A stretch of 64,000 nt of DNA, from the NCBI GenBank assembly GCA_946965045.2, contig OX337231.1:1302001-1366000 (forward strand). The letters are read 5' to 3'. This DNA comes from Epithemia pelagica (lineage: Eukaryota; Protista; Bacillariophyta). Below are positions 1-11,012 of the stretch, piece after piece; positions within the stretch are counted from its first letter, which is position 1, and every line of letters starts with the position of its first letter. The position numbers were made by a program, and so were the translations under genes. The notes under the pieces were generated by a model. The model was not told the origin of the DNA, ran no database searches, and saw only the letters and a program-made list of their open reading frames with translations.

Positions 1-688
1 ACAAAATAGAGTACTTGTGAAAGTCCGTGTTGTATCCATTGACTGTTGTATTTTTGGTATTGATTGTATTTCCGTAACTTGACAGTGTATGAATCGACCC
101 GTGGATTAGACCGTCATCTCGGCCAAAGTGCTCCATGATATCAATTTCACCACAAGCGGGCCACCGCACTGTTTGACTTTGAATATTTGTTTCGGGGTAC
201 CAAAATCCACCGACTTCGTCCACGTTTTGACCAAGCATCCAGATTGCTGGCCAGGTGCCCGAACCACCATTGAATTTAGCCCTTACATCCACACGGCCGT
301 AGGTAAAAGAAAATTTGGAGTTGAGTCGGGCTGATGTATAATGGAGCCGTAGTGCCTGATCCAGATACATTTCTTTTTTCGCCACAATGTTCAATACACC
401 ATCTTGAACGAACGAATTTTCGATTCGATTGGTGTAATGCTGTTCTTCGTTATTGTACCACCCAATTGGTGTCGGAATCTGAGTTTGATGAAACCAATTT
501 TCCTCGCAAACAGGTCCGTCCACTTCGAATTCATCCTCCCATACCAAAACATAGCCTGCTCCAGGAACCAATCCAGTACGGCCTGACGAGCATGTCCTTC
601 CAGTGACAGACTGGGGCTCTGGTTGCAGGGCAACAACCAGGTCCACCGTCACGATCAATATTGACGAAAGCAACCTTCTTGGGCGCAT
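1..688 (-). CDS. GH16 beta-1,3-glucanase (laminarinase-type), secreted; truncated by the left window edge
   Basis: Translated by hand (absent from the ORF track). ATG at 688 gives MRPRRLLSSILIVTVDLVVALQP (signal-peptide-like), then LVWEDEF, WYNNEEQHYT, YTSARLNSKFSFTYGRVDVRAK, WPAIWMLG and WPACGEIDIMEH (catalytic E-x-D-x-x-E). The frame is open to position 1. Confidence 0.92.
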   Translation of the reverse strand, partial: MRPRRLLSSILIVTVDLVVALQPEPQSVTGRTCSSGRTGLVPGAGYVLVWEDEFEVDGPVCEENWFHQTQIPTPIGWYNNEEQHYTNRIENSFVQDGVLNIVAKKEMYLDQALRLHYTSARLNSKFSFTYGRVDVRAKFNGGSGTWPAIWMLGQNVDEVGGFWYPETNIQSQTVRWPACGEIDIMEHFGRDDGLIHGSIHTLSSYGNTINTKNTTVNGYNTDFHKYSIL

Positions 689-1774
689 ATCTTATTTTAT
701 TCTTAGATCCTTGTCCCCTCTCGATCTTTTTCGTTCTTGACTCCTCTCTCGATCTTTTTCGTTCTCCACTCCCCTCTCGCAGGTTTGTCTTGTTGGATCT
801 TCCTTCTGGTCTATTTTTGGTGTGGTCGTCTAGAGAGGGTTGCCGATTTTGTTGCTTTGGGGGAGTTGTTGTGAGACTGGATGTTGGATCGTGTAACTCC
901 ACAATGTCCAACGGTTACAACTTACAATACAACGACGACCTACAACGACATTCGCTGAGTCATTATCACCAGTGTACAAGCCAGCGTCTGGATTTCTGGT
1001 TGGGTGTGATGTACGACCGATATCAAAGTACACGTGTACAACCCAAAAATGTCGATTCGTCATAAGTAGTGTATGCCAAATTCGGTAGAGATTTTTAAGC
1101 TCACGACCATAACCAGATAAAAACGGGACCAACGACAATATGTGGTCAGTGGTCAGTGTTATTTACACGAGAACGAGTAACCTTGTGTCATTGGGTGCAA
1201 TACTGGCGCGAAGATCGGGCAAGGCGCGACACGCCTGGCGGCATTGCCGTTGCCACAAAATAGTGAACGAGATCAGCAGAGCGAAAAAGCCACAATAGTC
1301 TTGTCGAATTGCATCACGAATGCGATAATGAATCATACGTTACCAACATGGAGACGTTCAGAGATGCATCCATCGACCACTAGTAGTATTAAGAAACGAA
1401 ACAACCAATGAATGGCGTTTACGAGGACGATGGCCGGGACGAATTACGAATCCATGCAAGACCAGGCATGGCAACCTCATACTTTGCCGGACCTGGAAAC
1501 ACAAGCAGCCCTTGCCTGTCACAGAGGCTCCCACTAACTCAACCAGAAAAGCTCATGCGGATGTTTTCTCTTGCCAATGGGAACGCGCTTCTATTCCAAC
1601 GAATCTCTCGCGGATATGTGGAAATGACAAATCCTTCGGTGTCAATAAGGGATTAAGATATTAAGTATAATGTAAATCCTGTTTTCGTCCGATCTAATCA
1701 TGATAACGGACGGTACCCAACAAGGAAAGGCTTCCTTGTGAGTTCATGCATCGGCTCATCTCTGTCGATTGCAG

Positions 1775-3577
1775 TTACTCGTCATCGTCGTCGTCTGCTG
1801 CTGCCGGATCGTGGGGTGGCTGTACCCGTCCTGGACCATTGTTGTCATTATTGTGTGGGTTCGCCGGTCCTTCTTCTTCGGCGGCGGCAGGTCTCTCCTC
1901 TGCTGCGGCGGGATGATGATCATCGCCTTGAGGTCTCCACATGGGGAAAATGCTCAAGAAAAAGGATCCCAACAAATAAATGACATCGGCCACGACATTC
2001 CACAACGTCATGACGAGACCAGGTACTGCATTATTATTGTTGGGAGGACGGGCAATGCGACCTCGAACCACAAAGCGCTGCACCCAATGATTGGGTGGTG
2101 GTGGTGGTTGGTTGGGATCGTTTTGATTGTTGTTATTACCTCCATTGTTGTTGTTGTTGTTGTTATTGTTCTGGCCAGGCAAGGCAGCACCTCCTCCACC
2201 CACTGCTGGACGTGGACGAGGGGGTTGTTGCGGATTTCGGTCCTCTTCGAGGGCTTGCAAAATGTCTTGAACCTTTTCTCCCTGTACCAGTACTCGAAAG
2301 GGATAACGTTCCTTGACAAAAAAGTGGTACAAAAAGTTCAAATATCCGGTTTGTCCCAAAAATCCTGCAATCACCAAGCCCATTAAAACGTACACTTTAA
2401 AAGGGATCTGAGACCACCACGACGCTGATGACGAATCGTCTAATTTTCGTCGTGAGGCCGACGACAAGACACGTCCCAACAAAATCGACAACATGACAAT
2501 AACTTTGAAAATGACGCCCCACTGAAAGTCTTGAACTTGTTGCCGACGAACCTTGTCAAATAAGATGGCCAATTGTACCAATTGACTTTGACGAACCGTC
2601 GCCCAGGCACGCTGCCATACGGGTGCTCGTCGTCGAGCGGCCGGAGCGTCATTTCGTCGTTGTTGTTGTTGCTGCGGCTGCGGTTCTGCTGCGGGTTCAG
2701 GAGTACCATCCAAAATGGGAGGTTGTGGTTCGTGGGGTACAGGTGGTACCACGGTAGTTGGTGGAGTCGTCTTTGTTGAACTGGTAGTGGGTCCTGCTGA
2801 ATCGGAAGGAAGAGGAGGAGAATGATCCTCATTGTGTGGATAATAATGCGCTGCAGGAGGCACGTGTCGTGCCGCTTGAAATGACAGTTGTTCTTGTTGG
2901 TCTCGTACGGTTTCAGTCAATTCATCGACTCGTCGTTGCAAATTTAAAATCAATGTAGTTTGAACTTGTAATTGTTCCAAAATACGAGCCCCTTCGACAC
3001 TGGTAGCCTTGCTGCTACTACCACCCGCACTACTGAATCCCATCCGAAAGGAGGCTGAACCAGGATCGGTTAGTTCGGACGCCATGGGAGAAAAGAGGGC
3101 TTGTCGTTGTTGAGATGTGGGCACGGGTGTTTCTTCTTCTTCTTCTTCGGCTGCTGCTGCTGCTTTGGGAGGGGCCTTGGTACCTGAATCAATGGTTGTC
3201 TCGGCGACTGCTTTGGTAGGAGTCGTTGGTCCATAAATATCGACCGAGGGCAAGGGAGGAGAAGACGAAGAAGCAGATTCCTCCATCCTGCCCAAAAACG
3301 GAGAAGACGAAACAGGATTGGTCTGGGAATCGGTGGCGGCTGGAGGAAACAAGGGGTTTCCAGCTTCCGTCCGATCCTGAACATGTTGTTTCAAGGCGGT
3401 CCAGGAATCAGGATCAAAGGGAGCCGATTCCAATCCAGCTTGTTGCAATATCTTTTGCAATTGATCCTCCACCATGGTTGTGGGATTGGTGGGAGTGGAT
3501 TCCATGGCCATTCCGTGTACCGTATTACTCCTTCGTGTGTCCTCTCGAGATGTTTGGTGAGTTTTGTTTGGTGACAC
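1775..3577 (-). CDS. Unknown membrane protein (600 aa) with a coiled coil, Q/N/P-rich linkers and about 3 hydrophobic segments
   Basis: Long ORF with hydrophobic stretches WGVIFKVIVMLSILLG, VYVLMGLVIAGFLG and VIYLLGSFFLSIFP. The last loosely recalls the C-terminus of HERPUD/Usa1-type ER proteins, but no ubiquitin-like domain is recognisable. Confidence 0.7.
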   Translation of the reverse strand: MSPNKTHQTSREDTRRSNTVHGMAMESTPTNPTTMVEDQLQKILQQAGLESAPFDPDSWTALKQHVQDRTEAGNPLFPPAATDSQTNPVSSSPFLGRMEESASSSSPPLPSVDIYGPTTPTKAVAETTIDSGTKAPPKAAAAAEEEEEETPVPTSQQRQALFSPMASELTDPGSASFRMGFSSAGGSSSKATSVEGARILEQLQVQTTLILNLQRRVDELTETVRDQQEQLSFQAARHVPPAAHYYPHNEDHSPPLPSDSAGPTTSSTKTTPPTTVVPPVPHEPQPPILDGTPEPAAEPQPQQQQQRRNDAPAARRRAPVWQRAWATVRQSQLVQLAILFDKVRRQQVQDFQWGVIFKVIVMLSILLGRVLSSASRRKLDDSSSASWWSQIPFKVYVLMGLVIAGFLGQTGYLNFLYHFFVKERYPFRVLVQGEKVQDILQALEEDRNPQQPPRPRPAVGGGGAALPGQNNNNNNNNNGGNNNNQNDPNQPPPPPNHWVQRFVVRGRIARPPNNNNAVPGLVMTLWNVVADVIYLLGSFFLSIFPMWRPQGDDHHPAAAEERPAAAEEEGPANPHNNDNNGPGRVQPPHDPAAADDDDDE

Positions 3578-3985
3578 TTTGATGGAAAGGTATCACTCCA
3601 GTGGTCCACAATCCGCTGGTCTCGTCACACCGGAACGAATGACACAAAAGAAGACAAAGCTAGATGCTGAATGACAAGTATCGTCGTCTTGGAGTCTTTC
3701 CTCGAAATGACAACAACATGTGACAGGAAACAGGAAGGGGGGAACTTCGCACCCCACACCGATCTTTTGGTCGCTTTCCATGACCGAGGTGCGACTCATC
3801 GGTGACCTAAGGACTACTATGTCTATCCAAAGTCCAGTGAAGTTGGAAGCACTCTAGGAGTACGTTCTTTACAACTTACTCCTACAACATTTATATCTAG
3901 AGAAGGCTGATCAACAGACATGCCTTCCTCACAAGCAACCACAGAATGTCCAATTCTTGCCGCTTACCGAGTCGGACGAACGTGT

Positions 3986-4999
3986 CTACTGTTCGGGTTG
4001 GACCTCCTCCTCTTCTTTCTTTTCCTCTCCATTCGTTTCCTTCTTGGTCTTATCGTTCTGGCCCACTTCTCCCGTAATGAGTTTGGATCGTTCGGCAACC
4101 CAATCGTAAAAGTCTGGTTTACTGGCGATAATTTCGGCATGTGCCGGTCGTTTCCCTTCGCGGACTTCTTCCGATACCTTGAGAATCATCCTCCACACGG
4201 AGCTAATCGCATTGCGGGTGACAAAATTTAGAAAGGAATGAGGGACAAAGTTAATAATGGGATCGCAGTACAAGACCGTCGTGAGCAAAATCTTGCTTTC
4301 ATTTTCCGGATATTTCCCCTTGGAATGTTTCAACGCTGGATGGTCGTTGGGGCAAGGGCGAAACAAGAAACTCGCGTCAAAGGTCATGCGTACGACACCC
4401 TTATCCGGCGGTGGCACCAATCCATTGTCAAAGGACTCATCGACCGTCACCAACTTGGCGCCAACGGTTTGCGAAACCTCGCCATCTTCTTCGGCAAAGC
4501 CCCAAAAGACAATTTCTCGCTTGTTCATGGGAAAGGGCAAATCGACCGTCAACTGGACGACTTGTTCACATCGGCCTCGTTGCTTCAACTTGATGGAGCG
4601 GTTGATTCCCATTTTGAACGGAAATTTCCAAGAAGGAAACCAGGTTTCGTACAAGTCTGTTTCGTTCATGACAGATAAGAAGGGAACGTACAATGACGAT
4701 TCAATGACGGATTCAATGCGACAGAGGAGTTTGCCACCATCCTCGAGCTTGTAATAGACAATGAAATCGCGATTGCCATGCGATTCGCCTTGTTTCTTCC
4801 ACCCCTCGGATGAAGGTGCCATGAGTTGCTCTCGCAAGGTTTCCGAAACTTGGGCCCGTCGCAAAAATTCTTGATGGTTTTCCTTCAACAAGGACTTGTC
4901 TTGAATTTGTCGCAACAAACGAGCACCCGGTATGATCTGGTCATCTTCGCACAAGCGAGTGCCTTCCTTTAGCAATTCGTTATCATCAGTGCCTACCAT
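3986..4999 (-). CDS. START-like lipid-binding domain protein (337 aa)
   Basis: ATG at 4999. The pattern ETDLYETWFP...VDLPFPMNKREIV...GVVRM...DP fits a START/SRPBCC fold. Confidence 0.72.
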   Translation of the reverse strand: MVGTDDNELLKEGTRLCEDDQIIPGARLLRQIQDKSLLKENHQEFLRRAQVSETLREQLMAPSSEGWKKQGESHGNRDFIVYYKLEDGGKLLCRIESVIESSLYVPFLSVMNETDLYETWFPSWKFPFKMGINRSIKLKQRGRCEQVVQLTVDLPFPMNKREIVFWGFAEEDGEVSQTVGAKLVTVDESFDNGLVPPPDKGVVRMTFDASFLFRPCPNDHPALKHSKGKYPENESKILLTTVLYCDPIINFVPHSFLNFVTRNAISSVWRMILKVSEEVREGKRPAHAEIIASKPDFYDWVAERSKLITGEVGQNDKTKKETNGEEKKEEEEVQPEQ

Positions 5000-5646
5000 G
5001 GTTGCTTTTGTTGTTGTTGTCGCTTCTTATAAACTGTTCGAATGCACCACAGAAGGATGGTTGAGAGATGCCGACGAGTGAAGAAAGGATATTCATTATT
5101 CATGCCATCCATGTCGATCTGTGAATTGGATTGCTAGATAACTCCAAGCGTCCATTGTAAATTCGTGAATGAAAAGGTAGTAGATCATGTTAATCTAACA
5201 CACGCAACAAATACTTCATTCCCGCTAAGTAGCGCTAGAGTTTGGATAGTTCCTGCGTGCATGCATTTTTCGCACGCAATGACAGGTCCGTTCCGCGACC
5301 AGCAACTGGTTGAAGATCTCAGATAGGCCCCACCTTGCCATCTTTTCACTGACCACAGAATCTGATCATCGGCTATCTGAGCATTATGAGTCTCGATAAC
5401 ATTGTGGTCAGTGAAACAAATCGGAAGAGGGGAAGGCAAAACCCAAGACACACCGCGTCGTTCTGTAGAGGTGCAAAATCTTTTCTTTGTCGATTTATCT
5501 TGTTCTCATCTTCTGTTTGTGATCTTGTATAAAGCTCTGTCTGACCGAATAAACAAGAGTGGAGCCTGTCTCTTGTGTAAACTTTATTTTCTCTTGAGAG
5601 CAAAGGACCAAGGATTCCACTTTCTTTCTTCCTCAATTGATTGACC

Positions 5647-7730
5647 ATGGCCGACAGCAATCCTTCTCCACAAGATGAAGATCCGCCCGCCCCCTTGCCG
5701 GAAAATGGCGGTGGCAGTACATCGAACCAACCTCCGTCTCGTCAAGTCTCGACGATCTCCATGCCGAAAAAGAAATCTGGATTGTTTGGAGCGTCGTCCA
5801 ATATGATCAATTCCATTGTGGGTGCTGGAATGTAAGTCTTCTTGTCATTGTTCTTGTTGCCACGTGATGAAGGAGGACGGTCATTGGTAATGATCTGACC
5901 ACAATTGAAAAACTTCTAACCTTCTTGCCTTTGCGTGTCATAACGATGCAATCTACAACATTACAACGCCAGTATTGGCATCCCCTACGCCATGTCTCGA
6001 GCAGGTTTGGTGGTGGGTATCCTCATGTTTATTTTGGTGGCCTACTTGACCGACAAGTCCTTGCGTATGATTATCGAATTGGCGCGCTTTCATCCCAAAT
6101 TGCGTCATTTTGGCGTCTTGACCTTTGAAGATTTGGCACGCATCCCATTTGGACGGTTTGGAGCAGGTTGGATTCTAGCCGTCATGTTTATTGTCGCCTA
6201 TGGAGCCATGGTTGCATATTTGCTCATTATCAAACACAATCTTCCAGCGGTACGTTGTCGTGTGAGAATGAGAAGGAGGACGACCACTAGGTCGCTTCTG
6301 TCACATGTCTCCCGGTATTGAGCTCACATTTGGTATTGGAACCGTCTCCTTCGCACACTCAGGTTTTGGGGTTAGCCGATGCTGGAGAAGGAAGCTTTTT
6401 GGAGGCCGAAGTGACCATGATTGTCTTCTCTCTCATTATCATTGTTCCATTGTCCATGATGCGTGATATGGTACGTCTCACATTCCCCAAAAATAAGTCT
6501 ACACAAGTGCATACGCAATCAGTGGCTCATCACTGTCTCTTCTCTCGTCAATTCGCACAGGCCACCTTGGCCAAAACCTCCTTGTTCAGTGTCTTGGCCG
6601 ATGTATTTTTGACAGGCTTTGTCATGGGTTATTCACCCATTGAATCCACTGTCAGTGATGCCGGTGGCTTTGGTCAAGTATTAAAGGACAATTGGGTCAA
6701 TAGTCAAGTGTTTATTGGTTTGGGCATTATCAGTTTTTCCATGGCTTGCCAACATTCCGCATTTATTGTTTCCAATTCCCTGGAAGACAATACTACCGAA
6801 CGATGGGCCACCGTGACCTTTCGCAGTATTACGACCGCCACTATACTCTGTCTACTCATGGGTGTGACGGGTTATCTCGGATTCTTGGATGATACGGAGG
6901 GTGATATTTTGGTCAATTTTGATTCCGATTCCGTCATGGCCAATGCCGGTCGAGTCCTTCTCTCCATTACCATGTTTGCCACCTATCCCATGGAGCTTTT
7001 TGTGGCACGACACGTACTGGTGGCCCTGTTTTACAAGGGTGACATGGATGGTGTAACAATTGGACCCAATGCCGAAGTAGTGGAGCTTCCTCGATTCTTG
7101 GGTATTCTGGGACGACGTCAAATAATCACCTTGATAATTTACGTGGCAACCTTGTTGCCTGCGCTCGTGGTGAATGATCTAGGACCCGTCTTGAGTATCA
7201 CGGGCGCCGTGGGAGCCAGCTGCATTGCCTACATATCGACTGGTGCCGTTTATTTGGGAGTCAACGGGGAAGACTTTTTGAATTATTGTCGCAACATGCT
7301 CGAAAGCCGGGGCTACAAGGTGAACAAAACTCCCAAACCAACCGAAGTTGAACTACCTGTCGTAGGCGATGCCACGGCAACCATGCCCAATCCAGAACAA
7401 GACAATGACAATATCACCACGGACGAAATTCCTGTCATTCCCAGTGGATTCAAACCCATTTGGTGGTATTTGTTTTTGTTCCCAATTTGGACCAGTTTAG
7501 CTGCCTGGGGTGCCACGGGTACACGAAACTTTTTGCGCCCCATGGTAGAGGGAGGAATGACTGACGTGGATCTTAACGCTCCCGACAGCCAGGATGTGAT
7601 TGGACCACGAAAACGAGATTACTACGTGAGCATGTTTCTTATCACCTTTGGTATCGTGGCAGCTGTGGCGGGTTTGATTGCCAATATTTATTTGGAAGTT
7701 CAAAATGTCTTCTACACACCCACCCGATGA
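5647..7730 (+). CDS. Amino acid transporter (Aa_trans / SLC38-AVT family), copy 1, 4 exons, 579 aa
   Basis: Exons 5647-5831, 5973-6249, 6363-6470 and 6561-7730 join in frame (1740 nt) across GT-AG introns. Motifs NSIVGAGIIGIPYA, FEDLARIPFG, FSMACQH and TYPMELFVAR; many TM helices. Confidence 0.92.
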
Positions 7731-8049
7731 TGATACCTTTGCTCGTATGATGATGCCCTTACAACTTGTTCACATTCAAGCGGCTGTTGCACATAGTCAA
7801 TCGAGAAGAAATATTTTTGGCTGCAGCCCCGTAAGCATCCTATAGAAATATTCCTACCTTCACTATATTGGCGCACTCGTAAGGTTTTGACTGAACTTGC
7901 GCACCAGCAGAAGGATGGTCGTGGACCGTTGTTGTCAATGTAAATGAGTTAACTTATTGAAAATGTAGTGTTCAACGAACAGAATGAGAAAAGTTCCAAT
8001 GTAAGAGACACAACCACGACGCGAAAGAGTGGACAAGAAAATGCCGCAG

Positions 8050-8123
8050 GCAAATGTCCAGCCTTGTCAAGGTCGACCGTATCTATGACACGCTTCGACC
8101 TGTCATACTGCTTTGTCACATGC
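8050..8123 (-). promoter_or_regulatory. SECIS-like stem-loop in the 3' UTR of the HDEL/CVNH-like gene
   Basis: Minus strand: A-UGAC / AGGUCGA-AG-CGUGUC-AUA-GAUACG-G-UCGACCU / UGAC. This gives a UGAN/NGAN core, an upper helix of about 13 bp and a CAG/CUG lower helix, about 100 nt after the stop. The canonical apical AA is missing (loop AUA). Folded by eye. Confidence 0.45.
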
Positions 8124-8224
8124 CCTTGACAAATCCTCGTCCTCTCTTCGCCTCCATGACTGCAATCTCCCATCCAGAAAATCTCTCCATACGCCATTAC
8201 GAGCATGTGTTGACGTGTTATGAA

Positions 8225-9237
8225 TTAGAGCTCGTCGTGACCAGTAAGTGGGCCTGGACCGGTGGTCATCTTGATTTCATGTTTTTGTTCCTGATCCATA
8301 AGGTTGGTTCCATCTTTGTCCAATTGGATCAGTCGACCTTCCGCGTCAACTGTCCACCCATCTGCCAGCTCCTTCTCTGCATAAATAACGGTATCCGGCT
8401 CGCCGCCGTCTGTCTTAATTGTGATCCGAAAGGCAGCTGTATCTTCAGGGCCGTTGAATTCTTCACACGTCAGTTGCCCATTGGAATTGCTTACTGGACA
8501 AAGATCGTGCATAACAATGCGACTAGACTTGGTATGACCAGACATTGTGTTACAGGCCATGCAACTCAAGACAAAGGTGTTATCCTCGGGAGTATAGTTG
8601 CAACCACTACAACTGTCAAGATAGTCCCCATCTGGAAGCCCTTGTTGTTTCTGGACATACCGAGCGAGCATTCGAACAGTGTCTTCGCAAACCAAATAAC
8701 CGTCGTTGTTTCCGACGGATCTACATCCAGTCACGTCAAGTTTGGATGCATTTGTCGTTCCTCGCGAGTTTTTGCAGGACTCGCAGCTCAGCGATTTACT
8801 CTCTTCGTCAAAGCTACAACCTCCGCAGGATCCCAAAAATGTCCCCTTTGGAAGTTTGCCGGGACCATTTGAGGGAGTTTCACAAACTAGCTTTCCATTG
8901 TCATTCGAAAAGGACGCGCAGGCTTCTGTAGATATTTCCGCATCCACCATCTTACCACAAGATTTGGGGCAATTCTTGCAGAACAAAGTCGCCCCATCCT
9001 CCACCAATCGACATCCATTGCAGGAAGTTTGATACGTTCCTGGAGGAATCCCATCCTCGTTTGGAAGATTGGGGCGGTTCTACAGCCAGATAATCGTCAA
9101 AGGAGAAGGATTCGGATGAGATTATTAGACTTGAAAGCTCCACCACACGCAACAGTTAAAGTTCTTACCTTACTCCTACCTCAGGCACTGAGGACGGCGG
9201 GTACGAGCAAAAAGGCAACAAAAAGACGCATCATCAT
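8225..9237 (-). CDS. ER-luminal Cys-rich protein with three cyanovirin-N(CVNH)-like repeats and C-terminal HDEL; in-frame TGA at codon 19 (Sec candidate or nonsense allele)
   Basis: Exon 1 (9237-9169) reads MMMRLFVAFLLVPAVLSA-TGA-GRSK. An 89-nt GT-AG intron (9168-9080) joins it in phase 0 to exon 2 (9079-8225). Three repeats of consensus lP-G-Y-xSCxGC...LxCxxC...G...C...NxxGxLxCE; ends GHDEL. Confidence 0.8.
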
Positions 9238-9573
9238 GGTGAGTATCCTGAAATGACCCAAAAAGAGCGATCCTTCCCAAATTCTCGTGATCGGATCTAT
9301 TATATCAATCTTCCTAGCCATATATCATTCAATATGTAGTCGTTAATGATACGTTAATTATGCGATTGATTTGGGTCGCACTTTGTATTCCAGGGAACTG
9401 CGAACCTCTGCGAACCCCGAATACCGAATACGAATACGAGCCTCTGCGAACTTGCAGCGAACTCGCTCGCCTCTTTGCATAAAAAGAGCTTAAAGCGCCG
9501 GAATCGAATCTTCTTGTGGTATAAAAATCTATTGAACGGGAAAACAACTTGATCGACATTGTTATTTGGAATC

Positions 9574-10181
9574 ATGGGTTCATTCACTGCCTTTCAAATG
9601 TTACTGGTTGCAACTGCACTCGTGTGCTGTGTAGACTTTGGCTACGTTCTGCTATTTGACATTGTGATCATGCCGGGTCTCGCCACATTGGATGATGGAC
9701 CGTATCTTCTGTCGTTTCAAGCCATTGATGGTGTCATTCAACGAGGACAACCACTCTTTGGAATCACCTGGATGGGATCTGTGATTGGAATGATTGCGGT
9801 ATGTGTCATGTCCTACAAAATCCACTTTCAAGAACGAGGCGATCGCACGTGGTTCGCACGTGGTTCCTTGTTTTGGCGGTAGCGACCGTGGCTTGGATGA
9901 TTGGTCAAGTTTGTACCTTTGCCGGAAATATTCCCCTCAACAATCGCGTCCATGGCTTGGATATTGAAAATCTGGACGATGCCACCTTGGCGGACGAACG
10001 ACAGAATTTTGAAGCCCCGTGGATTTTGTACAATCGCATTCGTACCATTCTCTTTGGCGTCGTGTCGTTTCTGTTGTTGAAAACCCTCTTGTTTGAGCCT
10101 AGTCCCCGGACACTATCGAGTGGCGCTGCGGTGGGACTGTCGGGCCAGACCGAGGGTTCCAACTACCAAAGCATTGCCTAA
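9574..10181 (+). pseudogene. DUF1772 (anthrone-oxygenase-like) membrane protein frameshifted by an 11-bp tandem duplication
   Basis: Motifs IVIMPGL...FQAID and TFAGNIPLNN...W..YNRIRT lie in two frames. TCGCACGTGGT is duplicated at 9843-9864; removing one copy restores a 198-aa ORF. Confidence 0.8.
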
Positions 10182-11012
10182 GTGGAGTAGGAACACGCCG
10201 AAGATTTAAGAATACACCAATAAGACTGCTGACTTGCTTGTTTGGAACAGAAGCATCACCAGTGGAGTTTGTTAGACGCATGGACGAAGCTAAGAGACTT
10301 TTCAATAAAGTACGAGTAGGCCTCATATGACCTACTCCTATGGGAATGGGAGCACCTTGAGTGCATTCGTCGAACTACCTAACTAGATACGTTTTCATTA
10401 ACTTGTGTGTGCAGTGAGACGGAAGAGAGAAAGTAGGAGCTCGGCCCGCGTGATCGCTCATCTACAACGTTTATTCTCACAGGATGACGTATACGACATC
10501 TTTGTGTCCTATACGACACATGTAAATCCCACATTGTTAAATGGGAACCCTTTTTGTTGAGTACGTGTCCGAAGTTCGACGAAGGCGAGACACGCATCTG
10601 GGAAAAGTACTCCTCAGAGATAATAATGCTGGTAGCCAGAGTCAGACAACAGTATTCAATACTCCCGTAGTATACGTGGAAACACGTTCCCTCTGGGACG
10701 TATTGTATCGCGTTCGGATTTGCACTCCCCGAGAGCGGACGAAGTTTTCGATCTTTTTGCATCATCCCACACACTCGCACTCGCTTCTTCGCCTCGTCCT
10801 TCCGCGAATTCTCCAGCCGCTCCAAATCAGATGACATGAGAGAAAGCGGTGTTCTCTTCGGTTGATCGAGACGCGTTTCAGTTGTTCAAGACACCACGTA
10901 GAGAAGAGAACGCATCATCCGCAAGATTCGTTCAATCAAAAGCAGCAGGATCATGCCTGAGAACGGTCCGGGGGAACCTACGAGTCCATATCATCGACAG
11001 TGGAATACCACA

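Noticed and set aside
8084-8107. Alternative hairpin TATGACA/TGTCATA as the SECIS
   Set aside because: The upper helix is too short and the core geometry is wrong; the longer fold at 8050-8123 was kept instead, though this competing fold lowers confidence in it.
9397-9462. Short CGAATA / CTCTGCGAAC repeats between the divergent HDEL and DUF1772 genes
   Set aside because: Could be promoter elements, but too short and irregular to support a call.
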